Source: an uncultured Acidobacteriota bacterium
GTDB taxonomy: Bacteria > Actinomycetota > Acidimicrobiia > Spongiisociales > ZC4RG35
Assembly (NCBI GenBank): GCA_963828465.1
Contig: CAWHEU010000018.1
Coordinates: forward strand, 128,001 to 192,000
Length of the DNA: 64,000 nucleotides
Direction of reading: 5' to 3'
Shown here: piece by piece, positions 19,787 to 29,200 of the stretch
Layout: each line of letters opens with the position of its first letter
Position numbering within the stretch: the first letter of the stretch is position 1
Program-made: the position numbers and the translations under genes
The notes under the pieces: generated by a model
Seen by the model: the letters and a program-made list of their open reading frames with translations, nothing else
What the model was told of the DNA's origin: nothing
Database searches by the model: none

Positions 19787-20768
19787 GAAAGTCATCTTTG
19801 AAGACCCTGCCGGCGAAGGGCCGGCCATCACACTCGAGCGATTCGAGATTCCCGACGACGTGCCAGACACCGAGCTGAGGCATCGCAAGGTCCCCGAGCC
19901 AGACCCTCACTACGTCGATCTGGGAATGCTCTACCGGTTCGCCCAATTGGAGCACGCCCGCGTGTCGGGAGCGGAAGGTCTCGTGCCGCTTCATGTAGCG
20001 GTGCGCGGCCACATGGGGACGGGGAAAGACCACGACATCGAGCAGTTCGCTGCCGCCATGGGCCTCCCCTATTTTCGAATCCCACTCACCGGTGAGGTGC
20101 GCGATGTCACGCTCATCGGATCAACCCGACTGCATGGTGACGGGAAGGGAGGCACCGAGAGCCGCTGGGAGGATGGGGACATCACCCGAGCCTTGCGCGG
20201 CCCCTCCCTGCTCAACCTGTCGGAGCTGAATGCCGCCGGGGCGGAGACCTTGTTCGCCCTCCACGGCTTGCTCGATCGCTACTCGTCCCTCGACCTGCCT
20301 ACGGGGGAAACGGTGCGTCTGCGCCCTGATGTTCGGATCTTCGGGACCATGAACCCGACCGACCTACGCGACTACGCAGGGACCCAGACGCTGAACAAGG
20401 CGTTCGCCGATCGATGGGTCATCTGGGAGAAGAACTTCCCCGGCGGAGACCAGGTCGAGGCCATGCTCACCCGCAGGTACCCACGCTTGAAAGAGGAGTA
20501 CGTGACGGCCATCGCACGTCTCGCGGTCGAGGTGAACGCCTCATTCGAGGCCCAGGATTCGGGGGTCAGGGTGGAGACGCCGCTATCGCTGCGATCCGTG
20601 CTCGATCGGCTCCCCACTGGTTTGGTGGTTCATTCCGACCGCCCCGATCCCCTCCGCCAGGCATGGGAGGAGTACGTGCTCCCCCATGTCGACCTGTTCG
20701 ACCGGGACCACTACGAGACGGTTTGGAACGCCGTGGTGCGGAAAGGCCCGGCCGTCAAGCCGTTCTGA
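19779..20768 (+). CDS. MoxR/CbbQ/CobS-like AAA+ ATPase
   Basis: GHMGTGKD, WEDGDITRAL, LLNLSELN, IFGTMNP, YAGTQTLNKAFADRW, LSLR; overlaps the vWA gene stop. Confidence 0.85.
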   Translation: MPKKVIFEDPAGEGPAITLERFEIPDDVPDTELRHRKVPEPDPHYVDLGMLYRFAQLEHARVSGAEGLVPLHVAVRGHMGTGKDHDIEQFAAAMGLPYFRIPLTGEVRDVTLIGSTRLHGDGKGGTESRWEDGDITRALRGPSLLNLSELNAAGAETLFALHGLLDRYSSLDLPTGETVRLRPDVRIFGTMNPTDLRDYAGTQTLNKAFADRWVIWEKNFPGGDQVEAMLTRRYPRLKEEYVTAIARLAVEVNASFEAQDSGVRVETPLSLRSVLDRLPTGLVVHSDRPDPLRQAWEEYVLPHVDLFDRDHYETVWNAVVRKGPAVKPF

Positions 20769-20802
20769 CGCCCATATCCGCTATCTGAGTACCGTCGGTG
20801 TC

Positions 20803-21885
20803 ATGCCTTACGACCTGGGCAACCCGGAGCTAGATGCCAGGCTCGTCGAGCTCGTGTCGGCGGCCACGACCACGCCCCACCCCGACCTCATCAACGAGAT
20901 GATCGTCACCGCGATCAAACTGGGAAGGGACGGCGCCTCCCGGGCAGACCTGAAGTTGATCAACACCGCCCTCAAGGAGATGCGGTACTCCAATCTCGTC
21001 TTCGCCCGGCACAAAGAGCCGAAAGTGACCATCTATGGATCGGCCCGGATCAAGGAGGGCGACCCCAACTTCGCCCTGACCGAGGAATTCGCCTCGATCA
21101 TGGCCAACAGCGGGTGGGGCATCATCACCGGGGCAGGCCCCGGGATCATGGAGGCGGGTAGCCGCGGCGCCGGCATCGACCACGCCTACGGCGTGAACAT
21201 CCGTCTTCCCTTCGAGGATGAGGTGCCGAAACACATCGCTCCCGAGCGAACGGTCAACTTCAAGTACTTCTTCACCCGCAAGCTCGGCTTTGTGAAGGAA
21301 GCACACGCCTTCATCCTGCTTCCCGGCGGATGGGGCACGCTCGACGAGACCTTCGAGCTGCTCACGCTGGTCCAGACCGGCAAGAGCGATCTACACCCGG
21401 TGGTCTTGCTCGAAGCGGAAGGGACCGGTTACTGGGAGCCCATGATCGAGTTCATCCAGGAGCAGCAGCTTGCCCGGGGACTCATCAGCGAGTCGGACAT
21501 GGCCCTGTTCTTCCGGACGACGGATGCCCAGGCGGCCGCAGAGCACATGTGGCATTTCTACGGCAACTACCACTCCTCCCGCTACTCGGGAGGGAGGCTC
21601 GTCCTGAGACTCAACGAAGAGCCGTCGAACGAGACGATCGAGAAGCTCAACGAGGACTTCGCAGACATCGTGGTCGATGGCCGGATCGAGAAGGTGGCGC
21701 CCAGCGCGGCTGAGTTGGAGGACACAGACGCCCTCCACCTGCATCGCATCGCTTTCGTGTTCGACCGGCGCCATTTCGGGCGTCTGCGGATGATGATCGA
21801 CGCCCTCAACGACCTAGTTGTCGCCCCGAAACCCTCCCATTTGCCCGAGCCAATGACCGAAGAGCACGCAGAAAGACCCTGGTAA
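20803..21885 (+). CDS. LOG-family (TIGR00730-like) nucleotide phosphoribohydrolase
   Basis: IYGSAR, ITGAGPGIMEA, FKYFFTRK, PGGWGTLDE. Confidence 0.9.
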   Translation: MPYDLGNPELDARLVELVSAATTTPHPDLINEMIVTAIKLGRDGASRADLKLINTALKEMRYSNLVFARHKEPKVTIYGSARIKEGDPNFALTEEFASIMANSGWGIITGAGPGIMEAGSRGAGIDHAYGVNIRLPFEDEVPKHIAPERTVNFKYFFTRKLGFVKEAHAFILLPGGWGTLDETFELLTLVQTGKSDLHPVVLLEAEGTGYWEPMIEFIQEQQLARGLISESDMALFFRTTDAQAAAEHMWHFYGNYHSSRYSGGRLVLRLNEEPSNETIEKLNEDFADIVVDGRIEKVAPSAAELEDTDALHLHRIAFVFDRRHFGRLRMMIDALNDLVVAPKPSHLPEPMTEEHAERPW

Positions 21886-21935
21886 TGCATGGTTTGGCCT
21901 GGGATTAAAAACGGGCCTCCGGCTACAATTGGGAC

Positions 21936-22667
21936 GTGCGCGACATCCTTTCGGACCTGGTAGCCGAGCAGCAGTTCCTCGATCAGTCCCTCCAGAGGAT
22001 CCCCATCAAGATCTGGGACATGGTCACGCCGTCCAAGCCATGGACGGTTCGGGACACGATCGCCCATCTCGCCGACTACGAGGAGCTGGCCGCCGACACC
22101 ATCGCCGGCGGCAAAATGCTGAAGCGCTGGCAGAACGCTCCCAATCTCGGCCCGCTCCGCGCCGAGGCGATCAAGAAGGGCCGAGGCATGCGCCCTCAGG
22201 ACGTGATCGAATGGTGGCGCGGCGGTAGGGCCAAAGTCGTCGAGCCCCTCTCCCACATGGAGGCCGAGGACAGGATCGAGTGGATCGAGGGCGACATGAG
22301 CGCCCGCACCTTCGCCACCTTCAGGCTCATGGAGACCTGGATGCACGGTCTCGACATCTACGCGACTCTCGGGATCGAGGTAGAGGACACCGCCCGGATC
22401 CGTCACGTCTGCTGGCTGGGATGGAAGACCCTTCCCCACGCCTTCAAGCACGCAGGCGAGGATTACGAGCCGGTCCGGGTCGAGGTGATCGGCCCCGGCT
22501 ATGCCAAATGGGTGTACGGCCCGGAGGACACCGATGAGTTGATCAAGGGCTCGGCGTCGGATTGGGCCCGGATCGCAGTGCGGAGGATCAAGCCGCGGGA
22601 GACCAGCCTCAAAGTCTCCGGCGAATACGCCGAGAAAGCGATGCAGGTAGCCAGGGCATACCTTTGA
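21936..22667 (+). CDS. Maleylpyruvate-isomerase/DinB-family mycothiol-dependent enzyme (TIGR03084-like)
   Basis: TPSKPWTVRDTIAHLA, RLMETWMHGLDI, RIRHVCWLG. Confidence 0.8.
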   Translation: MRDILSDLVAEQQFLDQSLQRIPIKIWDMVTPSKPWTVRDTIAHLADYEELAADTIAGGKMLKRWQNAPNLGPLRAEAIKKGRGMRPQDVIEWWRGGRAKVVEPLSHMEAEDRIEWIEGDMSARTFATFRLMETWMHGLDIYATLGIEVEDTARIRHVCWLGWKTLPHAFKHAGEDYEPVRVEVIGPGYAKWVYGPEDTDELIKGSASDWARIAVRRIKPRETSLKVSGEYAEKAMQVARAYL

Positions 22668-23455
22668 GCCCGATCCCCCGTCTCGTGGGGATGATCCATC
22701 TTCTCCCGCTTCCTGGCTCACCCGGGTTCAGGGGATCAATCGACGAAGTGCTCGAGACCGCCGTGGCCGATGCCGGGAAACTGGCCGGCGCCGGGTTCCC
22801 CGCCCTGCTCATCGAGAATTTCGGTGACGCCCCTTTTCACGCGGACAGATCCGACCCGGAGACGGTCGCCGCCATGACCTTGGCAGCGCGGGTGGTGAGT
22901 GATGCCACTTCCCTCCCCTTTGGCGTCAATGTGCTGCGCAACGATGCCCTCACTGCACTTGGAGTCGCCGCGGTAACTGGAGCCGCGTTCATCCGGGTGA
23001 ATGTGCTCACCGGGGTCATGTACACCGATCAGGGCCCCATCGTCGGCCGTGCCGACGAATTGGCCCGACGCCGCGCTGCCCTGGCTCCGGAGGTGGAGAT
23101 CTGGGCCGATGTGCTGGTGAAACACGCCACTCCCCCGCCCGGTCTCGACATCAGGCAGGCGGCCGAGGACACGGTGATCCGTGGCCTTGCCGACGCAGTG
23201 ATCGTCTCCGGCGCCGGGACCGGGCTGGAGCCAGATTTGCAAGAGGCCGGGCTCGCCCGATCGGTGATACCCAAGGGCACCCGACTGGTCATCGGGTCGG
23301 GCGCGGAAGTCGGGAACCTCGCTCAGCTCGTCGAGATCGCCGACTCCGTCATCGTGGGCTCATCGCTCAAAGCCGACGGCAAGGCCAGCTCACCGCTGGA
23401 CATGTCCCGGGTCACGACCTTCGTCGAGGCGGCCCGGCACCACGGCCTGGCCTGA
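22664..23455 (+). CDS. BtpA/SgcQ family protein
   Basis: GMIHLLPLPGSP, IENFGDAPF, GVNVLRND, FIRVN, ADVLVKHA, VSGAGTG. Confidence 0.9.
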   Translation: MSPIPRLVGMIHLLPLPGSPGFRGSIDEVLETAVADAGKLAGAGFPALLIENFGDAPFHADRSDPETVAAMTLAARVVSDATSLPFGVNVLRNDALTALGVAAVTGAAFIRVNVLTGVMYTDQGPIVGRADELARRRAALAPEVEIWADVLVKHATPPPGLDIRQAAEDTVIRGLADAVIVSGAGTGLEPDLQEAGLARSVIPKGTRLVIGSGAEVGNLAQLVEIADSVIVGSSLKADGKASSPLDMSRVTTFVEAARHHGLA

Positions 23456-23456
23456 C

Positions 23457-23939
23457 CTAGATCGGCCTCCGCCGTCGGGACGAGATCACACCGGTGTTGA
23501 AGCCGGCCAGATGCAGACTGCCCGAGAATCGGGCATGTTCGATCTTTAGACAGCGATCCTGGACCACCTGGAGCCCGGCGGCGCTGGCCTTGGCGGCAGC
23601 CTCGTCGTGTCGGAGCCCCAACTGGAACCAGACCACCTTGGCCCCGATCGCGATCGCCTCATCGACGACGTTCGGCAACTCGTCGTGCCGACGAAAGACA
23701 TCGACGATGTCGGGGACCACGGGAAGGTCAGCCAGCGACGGATAGCTCTTGAGCCCGAGGACCTCGTCGTACATCGGGTTCACCGGGTACATCTCGAGAT
23801 CGGTTCGGACCAGATAGGTGGCGACGAAGTTGGACGAGCGCAAGATGTTGGCCGACACGCCCACCAGGGCCACGGTCCGCGCTGTTTGGATGATTTGGAG
23901 ACGCTCCAGCGCGCTCGCCTCGTGGAGGACGGTGGTCAT
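23457..23939 (-). CDS. CoA-binding protein (YccU-like)
   Basis: VALVGVS, YPVNP, DIVDVFR, VWFQLG, DRCLKIEH; coupled to metY. Confidence 0.9.
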   Translation of the reverse strand: MTTVLHEASALERLQIIQTARTVALVGVSANILRSSNFVATYLVRTDLEMYPVNPMYDEVLGLKSYPSLADLPVVPDIVDVFRRHDELPNVVDEAIAIGAKVVWFQLGLRHDEAAAKASAAGLQVVQDRCLKIEHARFSGSLHLAGFNTGVISSRRRRPI

Positions 23940-25222
23940 TCCCCTTCCCCTTCCAGAGCCTGGCCAAGGTCCCAGAGGATGTCGTCGACATTCTCCAACC
24001 CGACAGAGATCCGGATCATCTCGTCACCGACACCGGCCGCACGCCGCTCCTCCACCGGCACCTGCTGGTGGGTGGTGCTGGCAGGATGGATCACGAGTGT
24101 CTTGGCATCCCCGACATTGGCGAGATGGGAGGCCAGCTCGACCCTGGCGATGAACTCGGCGGCCTGGTCGAAGCCGCCCTTCACCCCGAACGTGAACACC
24201 GCGCCAGGGCCTTCCGGGACGTACTTGTTCGCAAGGTCGGTCCATGGGTTGTTGGGGAAGATCGGGTAGCGGACCCATGCCACGTCGGGGTGCTCGGAGA
24301 GGAACTCTGCGACCCTCCGTGCGTTCTCGGTGTGCCGGGCCATGCGCAGAGAGAGTGTCTCCAGCCCAAGCAGGAGCAAGAACGAGTTGAACGGCGAGAT
24401 CGCGGCGCCGATGTCGCGGAGGCTCTCCACCCGTGCCTTCATCAGAAAGGCGTACTCCCGGAAGTTCTCCCAGAACATGAGGTCGTGATAGGCAGGTGAT
24501 GGCTCTGTGATTCCGGGGAAGTTTCCGTTGTCGTATGGGAAGAGGCCCGATTCGACGATCACCCCGGCGATGGCGACGCCATGGCCGCCGATGAACTTGG
24601 TGGCCGAATGGACCACGATGTCCGCCCCGTGCTCGATCGGCCGGCACAGATACGGAGTGGCGAAGGTGTTGTCGACGATCAGCGGTATCCCGTTGTCGTG
24701 AGCGATATCGGCGATGGCGCTGATGTCGAGGATGTCGGCTGCCGGATTCCCGATGGTCTCGCCGTAGAGGGCCTTGGTCTTGGGTGTTATCGCATCCTTG
24801 ACCGCGCCGTGATCCGAGATGTCGACGAATGTGACATTGATCCCCATGCGGCGCAGCGTGACGTCGAACTGGGTGAAGGTGCCGCCGTAGAGTGATCGGG
24901 AGGCCACGATCTCATCTCCGGCGTTACACAGGGTGAAAATCGAGATCAGTTGCGCTGCCTGGCCGGATGACGTGGCCAGGGCTCCCAATCCCCCTTCCAG
25001 CGAGGCCATCCTCTCTTCGAAAGCCGCGGTGGTGGGGTTGCCGATCCGTGTGTAGATGTTGCCGAAGTTCTGCAGGGCGAACAGGTCGGCGGCTTGCTGG
25101 GCATCCTCGAACACGAACGAGGTTGTGGCATAGATGGGCATCGCCCTGGCCCCGGTCTCGGGGTCCGGTCGCTGCCCGGCGTGGATCTGACGGGTATCGA
25201 ACCCGAAATCTCGATCTCTCAT
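23936..25222 (-). CDS. metY: O-acetylhomoserine aminocarboxypropyltransferase/sulfhydrylase
   Basis: [38 protein letters not shown] (PLP Lys), [20 protein letters not shown]; start ATG 25222 after GGAG. Confidence 0.93.
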   Translation of the reverse strand: MRDRDFGFDTRQIHAGQRPDPETGARAMPIYATTSFVFEDAQQAADLFALQNFGNIYTRIGNPTTAAFEERMASLEGGLGALATSSGQAAQLISIFTLCNAGDEIVASRSLYGGTFTQFDVTLRRMGINVTFVDISDHGAVKDAITPKTKALYGETIGNPAADILDISAIADIAHDNGIPLIVDNTFATPYLCRPIEHGADIVVHSATKFIGGHGVAIAGVIVESGLFPYDNGNFPGITEPSPAYHDLMFWENFREYAFLMKARVESLRDIGAAISPFNSFLLLLGLETLSLRMARHTENARRVAEFLSEHPDVAWVRYPIFPNNPWTDLANKYVPEGPGAVFTFGVKGGFDQAAEFIARVELASHLANVGDAKTLVIHPASTTHQQVPVEERRAAGVGDEMIRISVGLENVDDILWDLGQALEGEGE

Positions 25223-25282
25223 GACGGTTTCTCCTGTCTCTACGCGCTCTTCCGAGCACCGTGACGGATAGCCGTCCTCGGC

Positions 25283-25365
25283 CACTCATCGTTCAGGCAT
25301 TGGCACCGTTCGAGTCGGTTGCCGCGGTTTCGCAGGGCCTGTCCCTCCACCGCTCTTGATGAGCG
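25283..25365 (-). ncRNA. SAM-I clan riboswitch (no P4) upstream of metY
   Basis: Minus strand CGCUCAUC-AAGA-GCGGUGGAGGGACAGGCCCUGCGAAACCGC-GGCAACCG..CGGUGCC-AAUGCCUG-AAC-GAUGAGUG: P1, kink-turn P2, P3 GCAACC/GGUGC core, L2-J3/4 pseudoknot CAGG/CCUG. Confidence 0.92.
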
Positions 25366-25527
25366 CGTCTTTCGCTTGGACCGAAAGTTAGCGAAACGCG
25401 GCATCTGGCTCCAACTCTGGGATGGCCGGCGGCAGCGCTAGTCCATATTGGCGACGGCATATAGTCCATTCGGCCCATACCCCAGTCTGCGACCTCCAAC
25501 CAGACTTCCCCATCGGGTGATTTCGTA

Positions 25528-26103
25528 ATGCGGGAACTTCCAAGAGACATATTGATCGAGGTCATGGAGGACGTGATCGAGGACCTGCACGGTCACGTGC
25601 ACCGGGTCTCCGATCTCGCCGTGAACCTCGGCATCGGCATCGGGCTCGGCGAAATCGAACTCGACCGCCTTGCCCTGGCCGGGGTACTGCACGACGTGGG
25701 CAAGATCCACCTCGATCCCGGCATCCTCGGCAAGCCGGGCCCGCTCGATTCCACCGAGCGGGAGCTGATGAACCGTCATCCCGAGCTCGGTTTCGCCATG
25801 ACACGCAATCGTCTCGACCCCAAGGTCGCCGAGGCGATCCTCTATCACCACGAGCGTTACGACGGCCGTGGTTACCCCTTCGGCCTCGGTGGCGAGGAGA
25901 TCCCGATCCTGAGCCGGATCATCCTCGTTGCCGACGCATTCGACGCGATGACGTCGACCCGCTCCTATCAGAGTGCCCTCCCCGTCGAGTTTGCGGTGAA
26001 TGAAATCCGCAAGCACGCCGGGACCCAGTTCGACCCGCACGTGGTCGATCTCTTCCTCGAGCTGGCCGCCATCAACCGGCTGCCACTCGAACTCTCTGCC
26101 TGA
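25528..26103 (+). CDS. Stand-alone HD-GYP phosphodiesterase
   Basis: HVHRV, LHDVGKI, HHERYDGRGYP, VADAFDAMTS, GTQFDP. Confidence 0.92.
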   Translation: MRELPRDILIEVMEDVIEDLHGHVHRVSDLAVNLGIGIGLGEIELDRLALAGVLHDVGKIHLDPGILGKPGPLDSTERELMNRHPELGFAMTRNRLDPKVAEAILYHHERYDGRGYPFGLGGEEIPILSRIILVADAFDAMTSTRSYQSALPVEFAVNEIRKHAGTQFDPHVVDLFLELAAINRLPLELSA

Positions 26104-26207
26104 TCCCGCTCGATCTCCTCGAAATTGGGACGGAGAGTTGTCACATGCGGGAATGTGGCTCCCAATCACGGACAATTGTTGTCCTGGACCTCTGATACCT
26201 TCCCGAT

Positions 26208-29200
26208 GTGGACCCGCTCGGCGCCTTCACCCCGGCAACCCGCACTTGGTTCGAGGCCTCGTTCAACGAGCCAACCCGAGCCCAGGCCCTGGGCTGGCCC
26301 GCCATCGCCGACGGCCATCACACGCTGATCCATGCCCCCACCGGGTCCGGCAAGACACTGGCCGCTTTCCTCTGGACACTCGACAAACTGCTGACCGAGC
26401 CCCAGCCCGAGAAGGCCAGTCGATGCCGCGTGCTCTACATCTCGCCCCTGAAGGCCTTGGCCCATGACGTCGAGCGCAATCTCAGAGCGCCATTGGCCGG
26501 GATTCGCCACGCCTCGAGCCGCATCGGTGGCCCGACCTTGCCCACAGTCGACACCTTCATCCGCACCGGTGACACGCCATCCGACGCCCGACAGCGGATG
26601 CGACGAAACCCGCCCGACATCCTGATAACCACACCCGAATCGCTCTATCTCATCCTCACGTCTGCGGCCCGGGAGATACTGCGCAGCGTACGTTGGGTGA
26701 TCGTCGACGAAGTGCACACGGTGGCGGGCAGCAAGCGAGGGGCGCACCTCTCGCTCTCACTCGAGCGTCTGGAGGAGGTCACCGATGTCCCGCCACAGCG
26801 GATCGGCCTCTCGGCAACGCAGCGCCCTCTCGAGGACATCGGGCGGTTCCTCGGCGGCGGGACCCTCGACGACGACGGGACCTGGGTGCCACGGCCAGTC
26901 CGTCTCATAGATGTGCCACATGACCGGGACCTGGACATCCAGATAGTGGTCCCGGTAGAGGACATGAATGAACCGGGCGAACCCGATCCCCTCGACCCTG
27001 ATCAGCGGTCGACCCGCTCCATCTGGCCGGCCGTCTACCCCCGGTTGCTCGAGCAGATCCAGGCCCATCGCAGCACGATCGTGTTCGCCAATTCGCGTCG
27101 CCTTGCGGAGCGACTTTGCTCCGAGATCAACAACCTGGCGGGCGAGGAAGTGGCCAAGGCCCATCACGGATCGGTATCCCGCGAGCAGAGGCTCCTCACC
27201 GAGGAGGCGTTGAAGCGGGGCGATCTCCGAGCGGTGGTCGCCACTTCGTCACTCGAGCTCGGCATCGACATGGGTGCGGTGGACCTGGTGCTCCAGGTCG
27301 AGGCGCCGACCTCCGTCGCCTCCGGACTGCAGAGGGTGGGCCGCTCGGGCCATCAGGTCGGCGGGGTGTCCAAGGCACGAATCTTCCCCAAATACCGGGG
27401 CGATCTCCTGGTTTCGGCCGTCGTCGCCAATCAGATGCTGGAGCGACAGGTCGAGACCACGAAGATCCCGGCCAACCCCCTCGATGTCCTCTCCCAGCAA
27501 CTCGTCGCGAGGGTGGTGGCCGGACCGGCCAGCGCCGACGATCTCTACGAGATGGCGACCAGGGCGGCGCCGTACTCGGGGCTGAGCCGGGCCGTCTTCG
27601 ACGAGACGCTGGACATGCTGGCCGGGCGCTATCCCTCGGATCTATTCGCAGAGCTGAGACCCCGGATCAACTGGGATCGGGTGACAGGCGAGGTGACGGC
27701 TCGGCCCGGGTCGCTGCAACTGGCCGTCACCAACGCAGGCACCATCCCCGACCGAGGTTTGTTCCGCGTCACGCTCCCTGATGGGAGTCGGGTCGGAGAA
27801 CTCGACGAGGAGATGGTCTATGAGTCGCGGGAGGGAGACGTCTTCCTGCTCGGCAGCACCGCCTGGCGGATCTCACAGATCGGCCACGATCGGGTCGAGG
27901 TCGTGCCGGCGCCCGCCGAAGGCGCGGCCCGCATGCCGTTCTGGCATGGCGACTCGATGGGGCGGTCGATAGAGACCGGCAGAGCGGTCGGTGCCTTCGT
28001 CCGCGAGACGGGACGTCTCGACCCGGAGGAAGCGCACGAGGACCTCATGACCCGCTTTCACCTGGACGACCTGGCGGCGAGGAATCTCGTTGGGTATCTC
28101 ACTGAGGAACGGGAGGCGACCGGGGTGTTGCCCACCGACCAGACCCTTGTCGTCGAGCGGTTCCGTGACGAGATCGGGGACTGGAGACTCGTCCTGCTCT
28201 CGCCGTTGGGCGCCCGGATCCACGCCCCGTGGGCGATGGCCCTGCGTCATCGGTTCCGCGACCGCTACGGAGTCGACGTCGACGCCATCTGGTCCGATGA
28301 TGGCATCGCGTTCCGGTTCCCCGATGCGGACAACCCCCCCGGCCCTGAGGATCTCCTGCTCGATCCCGAAGACGTCGAGGCTTTGCTCCTCGAGCACCTC
28401 GGTGACACGGCGTTGTTCGCCGCCCGATTCCGTGAGGCGGCCGGGCGCTCTCTGCTGCTGCCCCGGCGTCGTCCCGGCGAGAGGACACCGCTCTGGCTGC
28501 AGCGCCGCCGATCGGCCGACCTGCTCGGCGTCGCCAAGCAATTCGGCTCCTTTCCGATCATGCTCGAGGTGTACAGGGAGATCCTCCAGGACGACTTCGA
28601 CTTGCCCTCGTTGATCGAGGTCCTGACCGACATACGGGCACGCCGCATCAGGATCGCATCGGTCGATCTCGACTCTCCGAGCCCGTTCGCCTCATCGCTG
28701 CTCTTCTCGTTCATCGCAGCGTTCCTCTACGAGGCCGACGCCCCTCTGGCCGAACGTCGGGCGGCGGCCATGACGCTCGATCGGGACCTGCTCCGTGAGC
28801 TGCTCGGTGAGGGGGAGCTCCGCGAGCTGATCGACCCCGAGGTGGTTGCCGCCGTTGAACTCGAATTGCAATACCTGACCGAGCGCAGGCGAGTCAAGAG
28901 AGCCGACGGGGTCCACGACATGCTGAGGGACCTCGGCCCGCTCACCGTCCAGGATCTCGAGGTGCGGACTGACGGGCTGGATATCCCGTCGGTGCTCAGT
29001 GAGCTCACCGGCCAGAGAAGGATCGTCGAGATCACCCACGGTGGGGTCACCCGATGGGCCGCGGTCGAGGACGTTTCGAGGCTGCGTGATGCCCTCGGGG
29101 TCCAGCCACCTGCCGGCATCCCCCATGTGTTCCTCGAGCCGGTCGATAATCCGCTGGGCGATGTGGTCGGCCGGTATGCCCGAACCCACGGCCCATTCAC

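Noticed and set aside
25370-25527. Possible c-di-GMP riboswitch upstream of the HD-GYP gene
   Set aside because: I could not find the GEMM-I or GEMM-II consensus elements by eye.
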